DNA from: a virus
Lineage: Duplodnaviria > Caudoviricetes
IMG/VR virus record: IMGVR_UViG_3300025689_000007
Location: 1,180-65,179 of that record
Reading direction: 5' to 3' (one strand)
DNA: 64,000 nt
The translations under genes were made by a program, and so were the position numbers. The first letter of the stretch is position 1. Every line of letters begins with the position of its first letter. This document shows, one piece after another, positions 38,210-49,200 of this stretch. The notes below the pieces were generated by a model. The model was given only the letters and a program-made list of their open reading frames with translations, had not been told where the DNA came from and searched no databases.

Positions 38210-38479
38210 TTATTTTTTAGCCGCTTTCTCTCTTTCTCTTTCGGCTTTTGCTCTTTCCTGATAACTCTCTATTCTTTTTTGCAGAGACTCAATATGTGCC
38301 GTTCCTCTCTTGCGAATCTGCTCTTTCTTGTCAGAATCATCCGTATCTTCAATCGCTTTTCTCATCAATTTACGGGAGTCCCTTATTTGTTTTTGCAAAA
38401 GTTGAATAGTATCAGAATAATCTGCTTCTACAAGACTAAGATACTTGTTCATAATTCTGTCAATCTTCATTAGATACAC
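38210..38479 (-). CDS. hypothetical coiled-coil protein with CTS-like N-terminus
   Basis: MKIDRIMNKYLSLVEA start. Confidence 0.55.
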   Translation of the reverse strand: MYLMKIDRIMNKYLSLVEADYSDTIQLLQKQIRDSRKLMRKAIEDTDDSDKKEQIRKRGTAHIESLQKRIESYQERAKAEREREKAAKK

Positions 38480-40898
38480 CTCTGATATATTTATAATTAT
38501 TTATATATTTTTCTACAAGAATTTCTGTATTTCTGTTCCACGGATATTTGTAGGAGGCTTTTTGTAGTCTTTGTTTTTTCTTGGCCTCCTTCTCCGCTGC
38601 TTTCTTCTCGGCCCTCGCCGCGGCCCTTTGCTCCGGTGTGGTCAAATATATACGCCTTTTATTGAATCCAGCATTCAAACCTTGTACTCTTGAACCGTAT
38701 GGCCTCCAGCCTAATTTCCACAGTTTGAGATTTATAGTACCATCTTCGTATGTATTTGTTTCAGAGTGATATTCTCCATTTATATACTCCTGATGATTAT
38801 GTTCCAACATCTCCAACCCATTTGATGTCTGAAGAACATGAGAAAATGTTATTGCACTCATAAAACAATTCGGACCTGATAATGTATCTGGATCGCCCTT
38901 TCTTGCTGGCATACCCAATACCATTCTAGCATTATCATATCCAATGACATCTGATAATTTATCATAGTCCACAAGTTCTCTCATTCTTTTGGTATATATT
39001 CTATCCAACTTTTCCCTGGCTGATTCTGATGCCGCCAAAACACCTTTTTTCGCAATAGTTTCAGCCGTCGCTTCTTTATATTCTTTTACCAATTTATAAA
39101 ATTTATCCATATCCTTTATAGCCTTATCAATGCCGCCGCTATTTTTAAGAATGGCATCAAATTCTTTTCTATCATCAATTATGGAGTCCTTGACACCTAT
39201 TGTATATCCATTTTCCCCCGGCCGTGATTTCAACAATTCTCTCTTCTTTGGGTCTTTATGATATAGACAATACTTTGAAGCCTCGCCCGGGAATCCATAA
39301 GAGCTAAAATCTCCCTTCTTTCCATATTTTATACTAACAGATTGAATTTTTTCTATTTTTGTTCCCTTCCTTGTAATCTTCAGCTTATCGCCTGATGGGA
39401 AATTTCCGGCTGATGGAAGATATACTTCTTTCCCCCGTGCAATTTCTGTATCATACAGAGCCATTTCGGCAAAATTTTTCATAACAGATTCAGCCGCGTC
39501 TTTATCAATTTCTGATAATTTACAGGCCAAAGTTGCATATGAATCACCTACTGCCTTTTCTGCATCTGCTGATGGTATTGATTTTTCATTATCAACAATT
39601 TCTAACATTCTGGTCTTATGTGCTTTGAGTTCTGCAACAAATTCTTTTTTCAATTTCCCAGCTTTAACAAGTTTTTCAGAGGCTTCAATTGTTCTATCAA
39701 GTGCTTTATTATTTGAAACAGAGTGCTTGAGATATTCCAAGGAGTTCTTCCCTCCCTTATTATCAATCGGGTTTCCCTTATCATCTATTGGCATATATAA
39801 TTTTTTGAAACCAGGCTCCAATGCGGCCAGAGGGCCCTCGGAAAATATTTCTGCAACATATTTATTGTCTTTAGCATCAAGTCCTGTCATTCCTAAATTT
39901 GGTTTTGATGATGTAGAAAGTGTCTTTGTTTTTCCTTCTTCACCTACTTCTGCCTTTAAAAATACACCGATATCCTCAAAATATTTTGCTATATTCCGTG
40001 CAACCAGGCCGGAGCCTATGAGTTTCTTACTATCGTGATGTAATTCACCAACAAGATCAACATTCAATACTCCAGTTGCTCCTATACGCAATCCAAAATC
40101 ATTCTTGATTTTTTCTGCTTTAGCTTTCTTTTCTGATGGCTTCGCTTTGTCAAGATTTATAAGTTGCTGTAAAAGATCGTCATATATTTGTTTTATTTCT
40201 TTACCTTTCACATGCATTTTGAGAAGTTTATTGGTTTTGATCTTGTCGCTGATATAAGATACATTAGACTTCATATCAGAAGTAGGAACTTCCTTTTCTT
40301 TGGTGGGCTTCTTCTCTGGCTTTTCTGGTTTTTTCTCTTTCTCTTTTGTGGGCTTCTTTTCAATAATATTTTTCCAATGATTATGAACATCAGCAACCCA
40401 AGAAGGAACAATTCCACCATATTTTTTAACAATGGAGTTGAGAAATTCCTTGGCGGCTTCTGGTTTCATTGCATCAACTACATCATGAAGCCTTGAAGAT
40501 TTCCTATCATCGGGAATATTGGATGCTTCGATTTTATCAAATGCGGGAATTTTTATACTATCATCTTTTTTGATAGGCTCCGTAGTACCTTTTGCTTCTT
40601 CATCCTTTTCGTGAGCAATTGGTTTGGAGGCTTTGTCTTTAAGCTTGATGATATTATCTTTTACTGCCTGAGCATATACACCTTCTGGAGATCTCTGTAT
40701 TACATAATTCTGTTCGCCTGGTGACCAGCTATTCCATTTTTTAATTTGTTCTGGTTTTATCTTATTTTTAGGCCTTTCCTCGGATTTTGGTTCCGGTTTT
40801 ATTACACTTTTTTGTTTGGGAACAAGTTTCTTTGCCTCAAAAATTTGATCCAGAAATTCTTCATTTACTTGATGGAAAAAATTTCTAAGTTTCATCAA
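38460..40898 (-). CDS. large Lys-rich hypothetical protein, possible PD-(D/E)xK-like domain
   Basis: 812 aa directly after the portal gene; KP-rich linkers; FPSGDKL...VSIKY motif. Confidence 0.5.
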   Translation of the reverse strand: MMKLRNFFHQVNEEFLDQIFEAKKLVPKQKSVIKPEPKSEERPKNKIKPEQIKKWNSWSPGEQNYVIQRSPEGVYAQAVKDNIIKLKDKASKPIAHEKDEEAKGTTEPIKKDDSIKIPAFDKIEASNIPDDRKSSRLHDVVDAMKPEAAKEFLNSIVKKYGGIVPSWVADVHNHWKNIIEKKPTKEKEKKPEKPEKKPTKEKEVPTSDMKSNVSYISDKIKTNKLLKMHVKGKEIKQIYDDLLQQLINLDKAKPSEKKAKAEKIKNDFGLRIGATGVLNVDLVGELHHDSKKLIGSGLVARNIAKYFEDIGVFLKAEVGEEGKTKTLSTSSKPNLGMTGLDAKDNKYVAEIFSEGPLAALEPGFKKLYMPIDDKGNPIDNKGGKNSLEYLKHSVSNNKALDRTIEASEKLVKAGKLKKEFVAELKAHKTRMLEIVDNEKSIPSADAEKAVGDSYATLACKLSEIDKDAAESVMKNFAEMALYDTEIARGKEVYLPSAGNFPSGDKLKITRKGTKIEKIQSVSIKYGKKGDFSSYGFPGEASKYCLYHKDPKKRELLKSRPGENGYTIGVKDSIIDDRKEFDAILKNSGGIDKAIKDMDKFYKLVKEYKEATAETIAKKGVLAASESAREKLDRIYTKRMRELVDYDKLSDVIGYDNARMVLGMPARKGDPDTLSGPNCFMSAITFSHVLQTSNGLEMLEHNHQEYINGEYHSETNTYEDGTINLKLWKLGWRPYGSRVQGLNAGFNKRRIYLTTPEQRAAARAEKKAAEKEAKKKQRLQKASYKYPWNRNTEILVEKYINNYKYIRGVSNED
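38488..38505 (-). promoter_or_regulatory. tandem late promoter motifs
   Basis: TATAAATA at 38488-38495 and 38498-38505, just upstream of the 38210 gene. Confidence 0.55.
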
Positions 40899-40899
40899 T

Positions 40900-42576
40900 T
40901 TATTTTATCTCCTCCACGGGAACTCCTTCTTCTGGCGCTGGTGAGCCAGCGCCCGTTTCTCCAGCACCAAATTCCTTTTCACCACCAAGCTCTTCACTAC
41001 CCATTTCTCCTTCCATACCCGGCTCCGGTGGTGGTTGGAATAGTTTATCCTTGTCTTTCAGACATCTTATATTTTCTTCTATTTCCTCATCCGTCCATCC
41101 AAGATATTTCTTCATCAAGAAGTATTTAGAAAATTCCTGATTTCCAGCAAGAGCATTGTAGTTTGAATGGCGAACTTCAACAAATCCCTGTTCCAGAGAT
41201 TCTTTGTAATGTGACGGTGGAACCATATTGATAGTCAACATATCTTTCTCAATACCATACTGTTTCTTCAATCCTCTGAATGCAAGATGCATTAAGAACA
41301 AGTCCTTGAATTCATCACAGAACCTTTTCTGATGCTTCTCAAGAAATTTTGCCCATTTGACTTCATCACGGGAAATTTCACCAGTATGGGAACCACCAAC
41401 AACAATCTCGGCTTCCCTCTTTTCCTGCCCAGCTGTAACACGAGAAGCGGGATATTTTAATGCTCTATAAAGTTTTCGTGCAAAATAGTAAATGTCATCC
41501 AGTTCGGAGAAGCCCGCGGGGTTACCACCTACGGTTTCAATGGATGACCCTCTTCCATCAGCAGATTGTGGAAGGAAGAAGTTTTCAAGAATGGAAAGAA
41601 CTTCCGGTTCCTGTGATAGCTGTCCTGTTTGTGGATCATAGGTTTGGCGCTTGATAAATTTTGTCTTAATTTTCTCGACAAATTTCATCGCCTTGTCTTT
41701 TGGCATATTACCCGTATCAATCTTGAACACAAACCTTTCAGGTGCACGAATGATACGATAAATGATGACAGATGTTTCAAGAAGCTTCAACTGATTGTAA
41801 GGAACTCTGGCCTTCTCAAGATACCCGTAAACTTCACCTTTTGTTCGTCCATAAATTCCATAGTTAATATACCCAATCTGTTCTGGATTAAACACAACAA
41901 CCTTCGGATCTTTTTCCGCTTCTTCCCTGTTTATTGGTCTTTTTGTATTGGGAGCAAGATACTGGTAATAATAAAGAATCTGTCCTGTCATCGGATCATA
42001 GACATAATCCATTGTTTCCGATGGAAGTTTCTTGATTGCTTGGATGCCTTGTGATGGTGCCTTGGTATTGATTATTCTTTCATAATAAACCCTGCCGTCA
42101 ATATAGTAGGTTCTCATAAGGTCATCAATAATCCTGTCTATTTCAATTCTCCTGTAAAAGAGGTCATCAAATTCCTTGTAAAGATTCTTGATAACATTCT
42201 TGTTTTCAGATAGTTTATTGTCTGTTATGATCAAACTGAAAACTCTGTTATTATTATCTGTTAGGGTCGATTCATTGACAGCATCCTCAATAACATCACC
42301 AATTTCTGGATATTCCGCCATCTTTCTGTATTCGATGATTTTTGCAACTTCTGTCTCAAAGACCTTGTTGATATACCTGTTATAGAAGGTATTCAGATTT
42401 CCATAACCAAGAGAACCATAGCCGGAAATGAGCATATAGTCCTCAACACCTTCTCCTTTTGTTGCCTCCACTTCTGACTTCATGGGAATATCACCCTTTC
42501 CCACGAATACCTTCATAGATTCATCTAATCTTACATCTTCATCCTTCTTACCTCGCAAAAAATCATACCAAGCCAT
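40900..42576 (-). CDS. gp20: portal vertex protein
   Basis: YR.MA.YPEI...IED.VNE, YIDGR.YY, YLEKA..P.NQL...E...IYR..RAPER.VF.ID.GN.P..KA, LPGG-like ETVGG, R.EVK..KF. Confidence 0.97.
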   Translation of the reverse strand: MAWYDFLRGKKDEDVRLDESMKVFVGKGDIPMKSEVEATKGEGVEDYMLISGYGSLGYGNLNTFYNRYINKVFETEVAKIIEYRKMAEYPEIGDVIEDAVNESTLTDNNNRVFSLIITDNKLSENKNVIKNLYKEFDDLFYRRIEIDRIIDDLMRTYYIDGRVYYERIINTKAPSQGIQAIKKLPSETMDYVYDPMTGQILYYYQYLAPNTKRPINREEAEKDPKVVVFNPEQIGYINYGIYGRTKGEVYGYLEKARVPYNQLKLLETSVIIYRIIRAPERFVFKIDTGNMPKDKAMKFVEKIKTKFIKRQTYDPQTGQLSQEPEVLSILENFFLPQSADGRGSSIETVGGNPAGFSELDDIYYFARKLYRALKYPASRVTAGQEKREAEIVVGGSHTGEISRDEVKWAKFLEKHQKRFCDEFKDLFLMHLAFRGLKKQYGIEKDMLTINMVPPSHYKESLEQGFVEVRHSNYNALAGNQEFSKYFLMKKYLGWTDEEIEENIRCLKDKDKLFQPPPEPGMEGEMGSEELGGEKEFGAGETGAGSPAPEEGVPVEEIK

Positions 42577-42577
42577 A

Positions 42578-42970
42578 TTATTCCTCTATCTGAGCTTTCT
42601 CTTCTTCCTGTTTTTTCAATTCAATAACTCTCAATTGCCTCTGCCTTTCCTCGACAAATTTCGTCAAATCAATACCGATATTCTTTCCAATTACATGCGC
42701 CACAACTTCCGTCCAAATAGTCTCATTTCTTAACTGCTCCTGCGCTTGCTGAAGTGCTACTGTGCGATTATGCAACTCCTGTATCATCAACAAAGTTCTC
42801 TTTGGAATACAATCGCTTACAATTTTGACACCCTGATCGCTATCCAACGGATTTGGCGTAAAAATATTCTCTACAAAATTGGGGCATTTTCTTATATCCC
42901 CAAATAGCTCATACAACCCACAAATAACCTTTCCTGTTACTGGGTCAATTGGTTCACAAGTTCCTTTCAT
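42578..42970 (-). CDS. hypothetical protein (Cys-containing N-terminus, C-terminal coiled coil)
   Basis: 130-aa ORF coupled to the radical SAM gene upstream. Confidence 0.5.
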   Translation of the reverse strand: MKGTCEPIDPVTGKVICGLYELFGDIRKCPNFVENIFTPNPLDSDQGVKIVSDCIPKRTLLMIQELHNRTVALQQAQEQLRNETIWTEVVAHVIGKNIGIDLTKFVEERQRQLRVIELKKQEEEKAQIEE

Positions 42971-44106
42971 TAGTTTTCTCCACTATTATTTATCTTTTTC
43001 ATAATATCATTATGTCTTTTTATTTCATCGAGCCTTGATATAACTACAAAACCCATTGATCTTAATGTATTGACGATTTTATCCGATATTCTTATATCTC
43101 TTCGTGACCTTATTACCTTATCAAAAGAAAAATGTAAATCATCGCTTTTACTTTCTTTTATTTCATAAGGCCCAAATTCCGCGGCAATCTGCTCATTTGG
43201 CCATTCATATTCAAATGTATCCCAAAATCTGACAAATGGTGATCGTAAATTATCTCCTATCCATTTTAGACTTTTATCTATTTCCACTTCATCATATATA
43301 CCAAAGCTTGATACTAAACTGAAAGATACATATGCTCCTCTAACAACCATTGATTTGGCAGAAGAAAGGGCGTCATTAAGAGTAAATCCTTTATCTAAGA
43401 CATCAAATCCTTTCTGACTCAAATTTTCCACACCAATCCCAAAATCAATTCCTCTCAATTTTTCCGATCTTTCTATTATGTTCATTACCTCTTTATCTGG
43501 TCTAATACCGGCTTTGATAACAGTTCTCTCTGGAACATCGTATTGGCAAAGAATTTTTAATTTTTCTATATCAATACTGCCGTTCACCATATTAACATAA
43601 GAACAGAAACCATCTTGTTCGGGTAACTGTTTTAACACCTTTAGGATATTTCTTTCTACTTTCTTTTTACCGTATACTCCACCGCAATACTTACACCTAT
43701 TCCAATAACAATGTGTCTTGCAATTTGCACTATATCTTATGGTGCGAGGAGATATTTTTTCTTTACTAAGCCATTTATCCCAATAGGAAGTAAATATATC
43801 ATCTTCTTCTACTCCCAATTCTTTACATAATGTTGTTTGTTTACCTTCTATAATATCAATATAGGGGCCTCCTATAACCCATCTATCATCAACAATTTTT
43901 TCAATCAATTTAAGTTGATATGGAAAAGTAACAGAATAATATATTTTTGAGTATTTTTCAATTTCTCCTTTTAATTTACTTATATCTACATTATCCGTTA
44001 TAAATTTATAATCTGCTTTCTTTATATGATGACAACCAAAAGAAAATCCATTATAAATGTCCAATATATCTTTATCCAATCTATAATATGTCAAAAACAG
44101 TTTCAT
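42970..44106 (-). CDS. radical SAM enzyme, class B (B12-dependent)-like
   Basis: CYWNRCKYC cluster motif preceded by a VIGGP segment; GIGVENLSQ...L.KG pattern typical of class B/MiaB-like enzymes. Confidence 0.65.
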   Translation of the reverse strand: MKLFLTYYRLDKDILDIYNGFSFGCHHIKKADYKFITDNVDISKLKGEIEKYSKIYYSVTFPYQLKLIEKIVDDRWVIGGPYIDIIEGKQTTLCKELGVEEDDIFTSYWDKWLSKEKISPRTIRYSANCKTHCYWNRCKYCGGVYGKKKVERNILKVLKQLPEQDGFCSYVNMVNGSIDIEKLKILCQYDVPERTVIKAGIRPDKEVMNIIERSEKLRGIDFGIGVENLSQKGFDVLDKGFTLNDALSSAKSMVVRGAYVSFSLVSSFGIYDEVEIDKSLKWIGDNLRSPFVRFWDTFEYEWPNEQIAAEFGPYEIKESKSDDLHFSFDKVIRSRRDIRISDKIVNTLRSMGFVVISRLDEIKRHNDIMKKINNSGEN

Positions 44107-45275
44107 AAAAGTTCATCACTCTTGTTTATCTCTTCTTTATATTCACTATATTGCACCAATCTTTCGGATGCCCTTTTATGTCTATTGTAATAATATTTGT
44201 ATAATTCTTTATCAGTATTCATCATATGTAAAGTATTATAATACAATACTTTTATCGAATCACATTTCGTGGGTCTGCCGTCCATTGAACTTATATCACC
44301 GTAACATCCACCAAAACAGGCTCCCCATACCGGGCAACCCTTACAAACCCCATCAAAAATTGCTTTATATCTTTTTTGCATAGAAATATATTTGTCACTA
44401 TATTTTACATCCCAAAAATCATCAACGAATATATTTCCAAGTTTATAATTAGGATTTGCGAGAGTATTACATGGATATACATCACCTGCACCATCAACAC
44501 AAATTATAAATTCCTTCATTAAAGTACATTCTATAAACTCACAAACCCTTATTAATTTTTCCTTATCATGTATACCAGCAATCATATGCTGAATAGTTTG
44601 ATCAACTAAGCCTCCGGCCTCATAAAGTTTTCTTGGTGCATAATTTAACCAATGTGAATAATATTCTGCATTACAACTATACCCCAACTTTTTTGCCAGT
44701 TTATCTCCACTTGAAAAATTATAGGGCACCCTCGCCTCTATATCTGTTTTGAAGTCAATTAAATCTTCCACTAATTCTTCTATTGGCACAAGAGGAATTA
44801 ACTGTGTAATTATTTTTGGTCTATACGCCTCCCCTAATGTTTCTACCATTCTATCACCCATCCATAAAATTCTCTCTTTTATAAGATGGGAAGCATCTAT
44901 TCCACCTTTTAACTGTCTATAAGATACTGGCCCGTCGTATGAGGTTCCGATCCTAACTTTATACTTTTCAAAGAGCTTTATCCATTCTTCGTTTATATTA
45001 AGAGCATTTGTTTGAAGGGCAATGCTTTTAACATATTCTGAAGATTTTAAAATTTCACACATTTCGGAAAATTTATCAATTCCAACTTCCGTTGTTTCTC
45101 CACCGAGAAAAATGAACTTTGATGGCCGGACAAATTTTGTTACAAGATGTTTTAATGTTCTTACACAATCCCAGTTTTCCAATTCTTCCTTGTCAGGATT
45201 GTTTAATTCTGAATAACAGTACCGGCACGACAAATTACATTTTTTTGTTGGCCTATAAAGGCATACTCTATACAT
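44103..45275 (-). CDS. radical SAM/SPASM domain maturase
   Basis: CNLSCRYC, FLGGE, IALQTN, SYDGP; SPASM C..C...GDVYPC...CKGC.VW..C.GGC....C. Confidence 0.9.
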   Translation of the reverse strand: MYRVCLYRPTKKCNLSCRYCYSELNNPDKEELENWDCVRTLKHLVTKFVRPSKFIFLGGETTEVGIDKFSEMCEILKSSEYVKSIALQTNALNINEEWIKLFEKYKVRIGTSYDGPVSYRQLKGGIDASHLIKERILWMGDRMVETLGEAYRPKIITQLIPLVPIEELVEDLIDFKTDIEARVPYNFSSGDKLAKKLGYSCNAEYYSHWLNYAPRKLYEAGGLVDQTIQHMIAGIHDKEKLIRVCEFIECTLMKEFIICVDGAGDVYPCNTLANPNYKLGNIFVDDFWDVKYSDKYISMQKRYKAIFDGVCKGCPVWGACFGGCYGDISSMDGRPTKCDSIKVLYYNTLHMMNTDKELYKYYYNRHKRASERLVQYSEYKEEINKSDELL

Positions 45276-45293
45276 TTTTCATTCCTCCATATT

Positions 45294-46250
45294 TTAGGAC
45301 GGTGACGGTATATCACCATATGCGTAATATTCCGTATAATCCATATATACCACGCCAGTAGGATATTGATAATTAGCCCAAGACTGCTGTGGCCAAGGAA
45401 TATAGGCTGCAAAACCGTATGTACCCCTTACTCTTGCATGAACTATTCCTGAATTTAGAAGAAAACTGCTTGCGTGATATCCATCTAATGTATCTGCATT
45501 TCCGGCATTTGTGGCATATGCCACTTGTAGGCCTCCCAAGGAAACGGTTGATAAACTTGCACCAGTTATTCCTATCAATGATAGATTATTTGCTGAAATC
45601 TGTAGTGTTCCACCAATTACTGATGCCTGATATCCATCAATCAAATCGGCACTGAAAATTCCTCCATCCCTCTGATCAAGCGGTGGTCTATCTTCGTGAA
45701 ATACTTTTATCCATCCGGTATTGGCTGCGTTTCTCAAATACCAGTATTTTTCATCTGTCCTATAGAACATCATCCCGGCTACAGGATTTGTTGGAAAGCT
45801 TTCACCACCATAATTTGCAGTAAATGTAATTGTATCAGTTGTGGGGTTTGTAAAGATGCTCAATCCGCTATTGGATGATGCGAGGGTAAGAATATCATTG
45901 GCATTATCAGCTACTACATCAAGTTGGCCCGGCACAGAAATTCTACCAAAATTTGCCGCTATTGTAATAGTCAATGCATCGCTTGACGGGTCTGTGGTCA
46001 GAACAATACCATCACCGGCGACCAATGTAAGAACATCTTCAACATCGTCGGCTATAATATCGTCTTGTCCTGATACCCTGATTGTTTTGAAAATATAAAG
46101 AGGAACCCACTTGGAAGGATTGGCATAGTAAATAATACCGTCGCTGGTATTATAAACCACTCTACCAATAAAAGAGTCTTCCCAAGTTGGAAGGGATGAA
46201 ACCCTCTCACACCAGTTTTTTCCCATCATATCTACTTCGTGAAATTTCAT
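45294..46250 (-). CDS. fibre/decoration-like virion protein
   Basis: Shared N-terminal LPTW..GR..Y module, two I.V.GQ.D..AD...D.LTL repeats, NADTLDGYHASSF fibre motif, Tyr-rich C-terminus. TATAAATA at 46293-46300 upstream. Confidence 0.6.
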   Translation of the reverse strand: MKFHEVDMMGKNWCERVSSLPTWEDSFIGRVVYNTSDGIIYYANPSKWVPLYIFKTIRVSGQDDIIADDVEDVLTLVAGDGIVLTTDPSSDALTITIAANFGRISVPGQLDVVADNANDILTLASSNSGLSIFTNPTTDTITFTANYGGESFPTNPVAGMMFYRTDEKYWYLRNAANTGWIKVFHEDRPPLDQRDGGIFSADLIDGYQASVIGGTLQISANNLSLIGITGASLSTVSLGGLQVAYATNAGNADTLDGYHASSFLLNSGIVHARVRGTYGFAAYIPWPQQSWANYQYPTGVVYMDYTEYYAYGDIPSPS

Positions 46251-46295
46251 TTCTTATCCCCCGAATAAAAGAATTATACAATATTTCTCTTATAT

Positions 46296-49200
46296 TTATA
46301 GAATTTTGTCTATTTGTTCTATAATAACTTCAGGTTTTATGGTTCGCGAACACTCATATTTTTTATTTCTTGGGCACCAAGTCCAATTTCCCCTGTCATA
46401 TGGATGTTTTATGTCATTGTAACATCCTCTGCAGATTCCTTCCGGTGGAGAAATTCTTATACAATCATTCATTTCTGACCACGGCTCGGAAAAACCGGAG
46501 ATAAGAATGACAGGTATATTCAATGCCCATGCAAGCCAAGAGAGACCGGAACCAACTCCAATGAAAAGTCTCGAATTGTAGATATTATTTATTGTTTGTT
46601 GAATTGTTGAGTTTGTTCTGTCAATGATATTTTTTAATTGTGTAGGCTCTTTACTGACAACCATTACACCATATCCCCTGTCATTCAGGGCATCAACGAC
46701 TGTTTGCCAGCCAAGAGGGTAATGCCACCTTTTACAGAGAAGGGTTGAATGTTCTGAAATTGTTACATACGGTTTCTTGACATTCTTTTTTTCTGCTGTA
46801 ACCTTTGGTCTCACTTCCTCGTATTCAAGGCCGAGATAATCCGTTGCAACTTTCTGTAATGGAACCAATCTCCAATTGTTTTTATTTGAGTGATAGTCAT
46901 TATCCCGGCATCCCACATTATAATAGATATCAGGTCTAAATTGACCCGGCTCTACAAATTTCAAATCCGGATATTCCTTCTCAAATATCCTATTCCAGAA
47001 TGTTGACACATAAAAGTTTTTGCAACCGTGTTTCTCCTTAAATATCTTTGCGTAGGGGAACCAAGCCAATGTATCACCCAGCGCCTTACTGTCAAAATAT
47101 ACAAGAACCTTATTGTTCACAAGATCAAGTTCATATGATTTGTACGGCTTCCCATCCTTATTAATCATTATTTGCCAGTTTACATAGTATCTCGCATTCG
47201 GAGCAATCCAATGATTCGGTTTTATTTTACCCCTATGAATTTGAAGATTTACATCCTTGTCAAAAAAGCCTACATCGTATTCTGAACTGCTATTACCAGT
47301 AATCTCCACCTTTACACCATCAATAAAGGTAACCGCAATTTTATCTTCAGACTCCATCCATCCCTTGTCATCAGACGGATTCCATCTTTTACAGATTAAT
47401 CTTCCGTCCTTGAACTTGAAATTGGTTTTGGTATAGTCCTTATTCTCCTCCCTTTCTACTATTTTATATGACCATTTTTTTGTTTCAGTATTGACAGTAA
47501 ACTGGACAACTTTATTATCCGCTGTTTCAGATAGAAATACTCTTTCTATCGGCTCCTTTTTTCCTTGATCAAATAAATTCCTTTCCTTGATGATTTTATA
47601 TTTCATATCATTTTTGGTGAATAGAAAAATATCTTTCCAATCGGCATTTGCCTTGAAATAATTATACAACCAGTTCTCAAAAATCAGGTCAATTCTGATC
47701 TTGGTCTTTTCGGAGGCCTCTGCAATTACTTTGTTGTAGTCACTCCAAGATGAAATGTCCTTCATCCTTTCATTCATCCATTTTATATCAAATGAGAAAA
47801 GATTAGAGATAATTCCGTATGTCGGTTCCATACCGGCTACTTTTCTTGTATTTTGTTCCTCATCATACATAAAGCCGACCAGTTTGTATTTTTCAAGCTT
47901 CTTCCCAGCTTCGGAGAGGTAAAGGTCAAGATCAGCATCAATGTCAAATTCTATAAAATGCGCAATATCATATTGAGAGAGCACTCTAACGGCATTTACC
48001 AGTGATGAATAACAGGCGGCCCCGTGGTATTTCGTTTCATATTGGGAAACTATTTTTACTTCTTCATTTTGGAACCAATAGTTGAGGTTCCAACCATCAC
48101 TCATAATATTATTTGCATCATAAACATAGTAATTCACCATTTTCTGTATATCAGTAGAAATTGGATAGTGAGATACAAGAAGAACAGGATATCCCCTGTC
48201 TTTTACTTCTTCTATCATTCCTATGGTAAGTTCTTCCTTTTCAGGCAAGTCTGGATAGGTATCAATAATGAAAATTTCTTTCAGGTGCCTTTTTTGTGCT
48301 TCGACATAAATACATTGCTGGTCATGTGACCAGATATCTTTCATTACGATATTTCTGAATCCTGCTTCCGCAAGAAGACTTTTAAGTTTTCCTCTTGTGA
48401 AACCAACTTTATGCTGTTCACCTTCATTGGTCTGCAAGCCGAAAATAGTATCAAGATGAAATCCCCATTTTTCCTCATCAGTTTTTCCAAGCCAGGTTTT
48501 CACAACCCACTCAAAATCCGGAACCTCAAAAACAAGTTTTCCACCATAATTCAATATACGGTAACATTCTTTGAAAACAACCGGCACTTCATACTTGTTA
48601 AAATGCTCCATCAAATGTGAAGAATAGACCTCATCAAAAGTTTGATCATCATAAGGAATTTCTTTCGCATCAAAGTTCACATCGGCTCTTTTATCAAACT
48701 TGTCTGCATTGATATATCCGACTTTAATGTCACCACCACAACCCAAGTGTAATCTTTTTGTCTCAACTTTTTTACCCTTACTTTTTCCCGATCCAAATTG
48801 TTTGAGAATTTCAACGGATTTATCAACTGCCTTCTCCCAAGTAAAATCTCTTCTCACTACTTCAGATTGTTTGAGGGCTTTCTTTTTACATTCTTCATAA
48901 TTCTCATAAATTTCCCTCATTACTTTCTTGAGATGTTCATAGTCTGGCTCGGCCCATTCGCCCGGCGTGTCCTTCTGCATAAAAACATTTTCAGGCCTTC
49001 TCAATTCCTTGATGTTTACCAAATGGGATGCGTCCTTACAGAACTCCAATTGGGCTCCCCAGTTTGATGCGATTGTTGGTATTCCTGTTGCAATTCCTTG
49101 ACAATTATGAACAGTGACATTACATAATAGATAACTTTCATCCTCTTCCACTTCAAAATTATAAACCGGCCCATCATAAAAAATATTTTTCACATCCTTT

